From NCBI GenBank assembly GCA_041661545.1, contig JBAZUH010000001.1:608148-672147 (forward strand): a DNA stretch of 64,000 nt. The letters are read 5' to 3'. Every line of letters begins with the position of its first letter. The first letter of the stretch is position 1. Of this stretch, positions 61,744 through 64,000 are shown piece by piece. Both the position numbers and the translations under genes were made by a program. Below the pieces are notes generated by a model that made no database searches, was not told the origin of the DNA, and worked only from the letters and a program-made list of their open reading frames with translations. This stretch comes from Candidatus Staskawiczbacteria bacterium. Lineage in GTDB: Bacteria > Patescibacteriota > Minisyncoccia > Minisyncoccales > Staskawiczbacteraceae.

Positions 61744-63063
61744 ATGAAAAATAATTTAGAAAAAAATAAAGCTGAAAGTCCTGAGCGCAGTCGAAGGGCC
61801 TGGGTAGTTGCCGCTGATATGGGCTATGGTCACCAAAGAACAGCTTATCCATTAAGAGACATTGCTTTTTGCAACAAAGTAATTTGTGCTAATAATTATC
61901 CAGGAATTCCAGAAAAAGATAGAAAATTTTGGCAAAGAACGCGAGTTTTATATGAATTTGTTTCTAGAATAAAAAGAATACCTATAATTGGTGACTTAGC
62001 TTTTTCTGTTTTAGATAGATTTCAGAAAATTTTAAATTATTATCCTAAAAGAGATTTGTCAAAAGCAAATTTTACTTTAAAAAATATTCTATATCTTATT
62101 AAGAAGGGTTGGGGAAAAGATTTAATAAGAAGAATGGAGAAAAACCCACTACCCTTGGTTTCTACTTTTTTTACCCCAGCCTTTATGGCTGAAGAATTAA
62201 AATATCCAAAAGATGTTTATTGCGTAGTTTGCGATGCAGATATAAATAGAACTTGGGTTGCTATTAACCCCAATAAAAGTAAAATTAAATATTTTGCCCC
62301 TTGTACGTGGGTTAGAGATAGATTAAAGCTTTATGGAGTTAAACCAGAGCATATTTTTTTAACTGGTTTCCCTTTGCCTAAAGAAAATATTGGTAATAAT
62401 TTAGATATTGCAAAAGAAGATATGAGAAACCGTTTGATAAATTTAGACCCGCAAAAAAAATATAGAAAAATGTATAGCCCATTAGTTAAAAGTACTTTGG
62501 GCGCATTGCCAGATAAATCTAACCATCCATTAACTATTATGTTTTCTATAGGAGGAGCGGGTGCACAAAAAGAAATTCCTTTAAATATAATAAGAAGCTT
62601 AAAACAAGAAATAAAACACAGAAAATTAAGATTTATAATTGCTATTGGGGTTAGGGAAGAATTAAGAAAATATTATGCCGAGAACATTAAAGATTTAAAA
62701 TTAGATGGCTGGGTGCATGTTATTTCTAGTATTACAACAGATGATTATTTCAAAACTTTTAATGAAGCACTAAGAGAAACAGATGTTTTATGGACAAAGC
62801 CATCGGAGCTTTCTTTTTATGCTGGGTTAGGCATTCCAATTATTATAGCTCCAACTATTGGTTCTCAAGAAGATTTTAATAAAAGGTGGTTGTTGCATGT
62901 GGGCGCAGGAATAGTTCAAGAAAATCCTAAATATACTCATCAATGGTTTTACGATTTGCTAAATGCAGGTGACTTAGCAGAGGTTGCTATGCAAGGTTTT
63001 ATAGAAATAGAGAAAATGGGCACGTATAACATTGAGGAAATAATCAAAAATCATAAAAACTAA
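61744..63063 (+). CDS. GT-B fold glycosyltransferase (MGDG-synthase/MurG-like), putative
   Basis: N-terminal VVAADMGYGHQRTAYPL and C-terminal TKPSELSFYAGLGIPIIIAPTIGSQEDFNKRWL. Confidence 0.55.
   Translation: MKNNLEKNKAESPERSRRAWVVAADMGYGHQRTAYPLRDIAFCNKVICANNYPGIPEKDRKFWQRTRVLYEFVSRIKRIPIIGDLAFSVLDRFQKILNYYPKRDLSKANFTLKNILYLIKKGWGKDLIRRMEKNPLPLVSTFFTPAFMAEELKYPKDVYCVVCDADINRTWVAINPNKSKIKYFAPCTWVRDRLKLYGVKPEHIFLTGFPLPKENIGNNLDIAKEDMRNRLINLDPQKKYRKMYSPLVKSTLGALPDKSNHPLTIMFSIGGAGAQKEIPLNIIRSLKQEIKHRKLRFIIAIGVREELRKYYAENIKDLKLDGWVHVISSITTDDYFKTFNEALRETDVLWTKPSELSFYAGLGIPIIIAPTIGSQEDFNKRWLLHVGAGIVQENPKYTHQWFYDLLNAGDLAEVAMQGFIEIEKMGTYNIEEIIKNHKN
61779..61804. repeat. GC-rich mini-element, inverted orientation, in frame (copy I8)
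   Basis: The reverse complement of 61779..61799, gcccttcgactgcgctcagga, matches the I4 core at 18 of 21 positions. It encodes SPERSRRAW. Confidence 0.7.
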
Positions 63064-64000
63064 ATGAAAAAAACTCTTAAGAGGCTATTGTTTTTTATAG
63101 CAATTATTGTTTTTATTTTGGCTGTTATTTTTTGTTATTTTTTTGTTGGCAAAGCTCCCACTCCTAAAAATATAACTTGGGGAGTAGATTTTTCTCAAAT
63201 GCAGGCTGAATCATTAAAATTAAATTGGAAAGAATTATATTTAGCAATGATTGACGACCTAGGAGTAAAAAATATAAAAATACATACGCAATGGGATTGG
63301 GTTGAAGGAGAGCAAGGTAAATATTACTTTGACGATATAGATTGGCAATTAGCTGAGGCAAAAAATAAAGGTGTAAAAATTATATATGTTATAGGCATGA
63401 AAAGCGGACGCTGGCCAGAATGTCATTTGCCAGAATGGGCTAATAATTTACAACAACAGCAACAAAAAGAAGCCACTTTAAGTTATATAAAAGAAGTTGT
63501 TCAAAGATATAAAAACAACGAATCAATTGTTTATTGGCAAATTGAAAACGAGCCATTGTTTCGTTTTGGAGAGTGCCCAGAGTGGTATTATCAAAATACA
63601 GATTTTTTAAAGCAAGAAGTTGCTTTAGTAAAATCTTTAGACCCAGTAAGAAAAATTATTATATCTGATTCTGGAGAGTATTCTTTGTGGTTTGGTGCTG
63701 CAAAAGTAGGAGATATAGTGGGAACTACTATGTATAGACAAGCGTGGACTAATATAACAGAAACTTTTGGATTTTATTTTAAATATTTATTTTCTCCGGT
63801 ATATTATTCTAGAAAAGCTTTAATTATTGAAAAAATATTTAAAAAAGAAGTATTCTGCATAGAACTTCAAGCCGAACCATGGGTTTCTAAAAGCATTCGT
63901 AGCGTTTCTTTAAGAGATCAAGCCACAACTATGAACCCTAAAATATTTAAAGAAAATATTGAATTTGCTAAGCAGTCAGGATTAGATAAGTTTTATCTTT
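63064..64000 (+). CDS. Membrane-anchored glycoside hydrolase (clan GH-A TIM-barrel-like), 3' end cut by window edge
   Basis: The ORF runs from the ATG at 63064 and is still open at the window end, so it is absent from the ORF track. It has an N-terminal TM helix and YWQIENEP, a NEP acid/base motif. Confidence 0.5.
   Translation, partial: MKKTLKRLLFFIAIIVFILAVIFCYFFVGKAPTPKNITWGVDFSQMQAESLKLNWKELYLAMIDDLGVKNIKIHTQWDWVEGEQGKYYFDDIDWQLAEAKNKGVKIIYVIGMKSGRWPECHLPEWANNLQQQQQKEATLSYIKEVVQRYKNNESIVYWQIENEPLFRFGECPEWYYQNTDFLKQEVALVKSLDPVRKIIISDSGEYSLWFGAAKVGDIVGTTMYRQAWTNITETFGFYFKYLFSPVYYSRKALIIEKIFKKEVFCIELQAEPWVSKSIRSVSLRDQATTMNPKIFKENIEFAKQSGLDKFYL

Overview
The window is an AT-rich, very gene-dense bacterial chromosome segment. 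It uses the standard code: TGA ends argS and ileS. The gene content looks like a reduced-genome CPR/Patescibacteria-type organism, but that placement is inference only. Most of the window is housekeeping. It holds six aminoacyl-tRNA ligases (argS, ileS, glyQS, metG, leuS, hisS) and a minus-strand smpB-ssrA-infC-rpmI-rplT block. Other calls include recO, topA, relA/spoT, a short mfd, pth, lepB, rpsU, ybeY, ftsA, a short ftsZ, nrdD/nrdG, glyA, tsaC, iorAB, comEC, one tRNA-Leu(CAA) and one tmRNA. I saw no rRNA, CRISPR array, transposase or integrase.

Three things stand out.

(1) An uncharacterised family of about 570-aa cysteine-rich multi-zinc-ribbon proteins is present in four copies. The copies lie in two insertions that split gene pairs which are usually adjacent (metG|tatD and nrdD|nrdG). 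One insertion also carries an unknown 543-aa protein. The other carries a SAM methyltransferase and an excisionase-like HTH protein.

(2) A 20-24 nt palindrome family, AGGTTNNC-N4-GNNAACCT, has arms that co-vary. Copies sit just upstream of almost every gene in those insertions, and one copy lies inside a coding sequence.

(3) A dispersed family of short GC-rich elements is inserted in frame into housekeeping genes (ileS twice, leuS, a nucleotidyltransferase, tsaC, mfd, ybeY, a glycosyltransferase). Related larger structured intergenic elements lie at about 37.1 kb and 59.4 kb.

Several single genes (purN, a pyrC-like gene, a carbonic-anhydrase-like gene, a 2H phosphoesterase, and one hypothetical) are visibly more GC-rich than their surroundings and look horizontally acquired.

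All calls rest on reading the sequence and the ORF translations. No database search was run.
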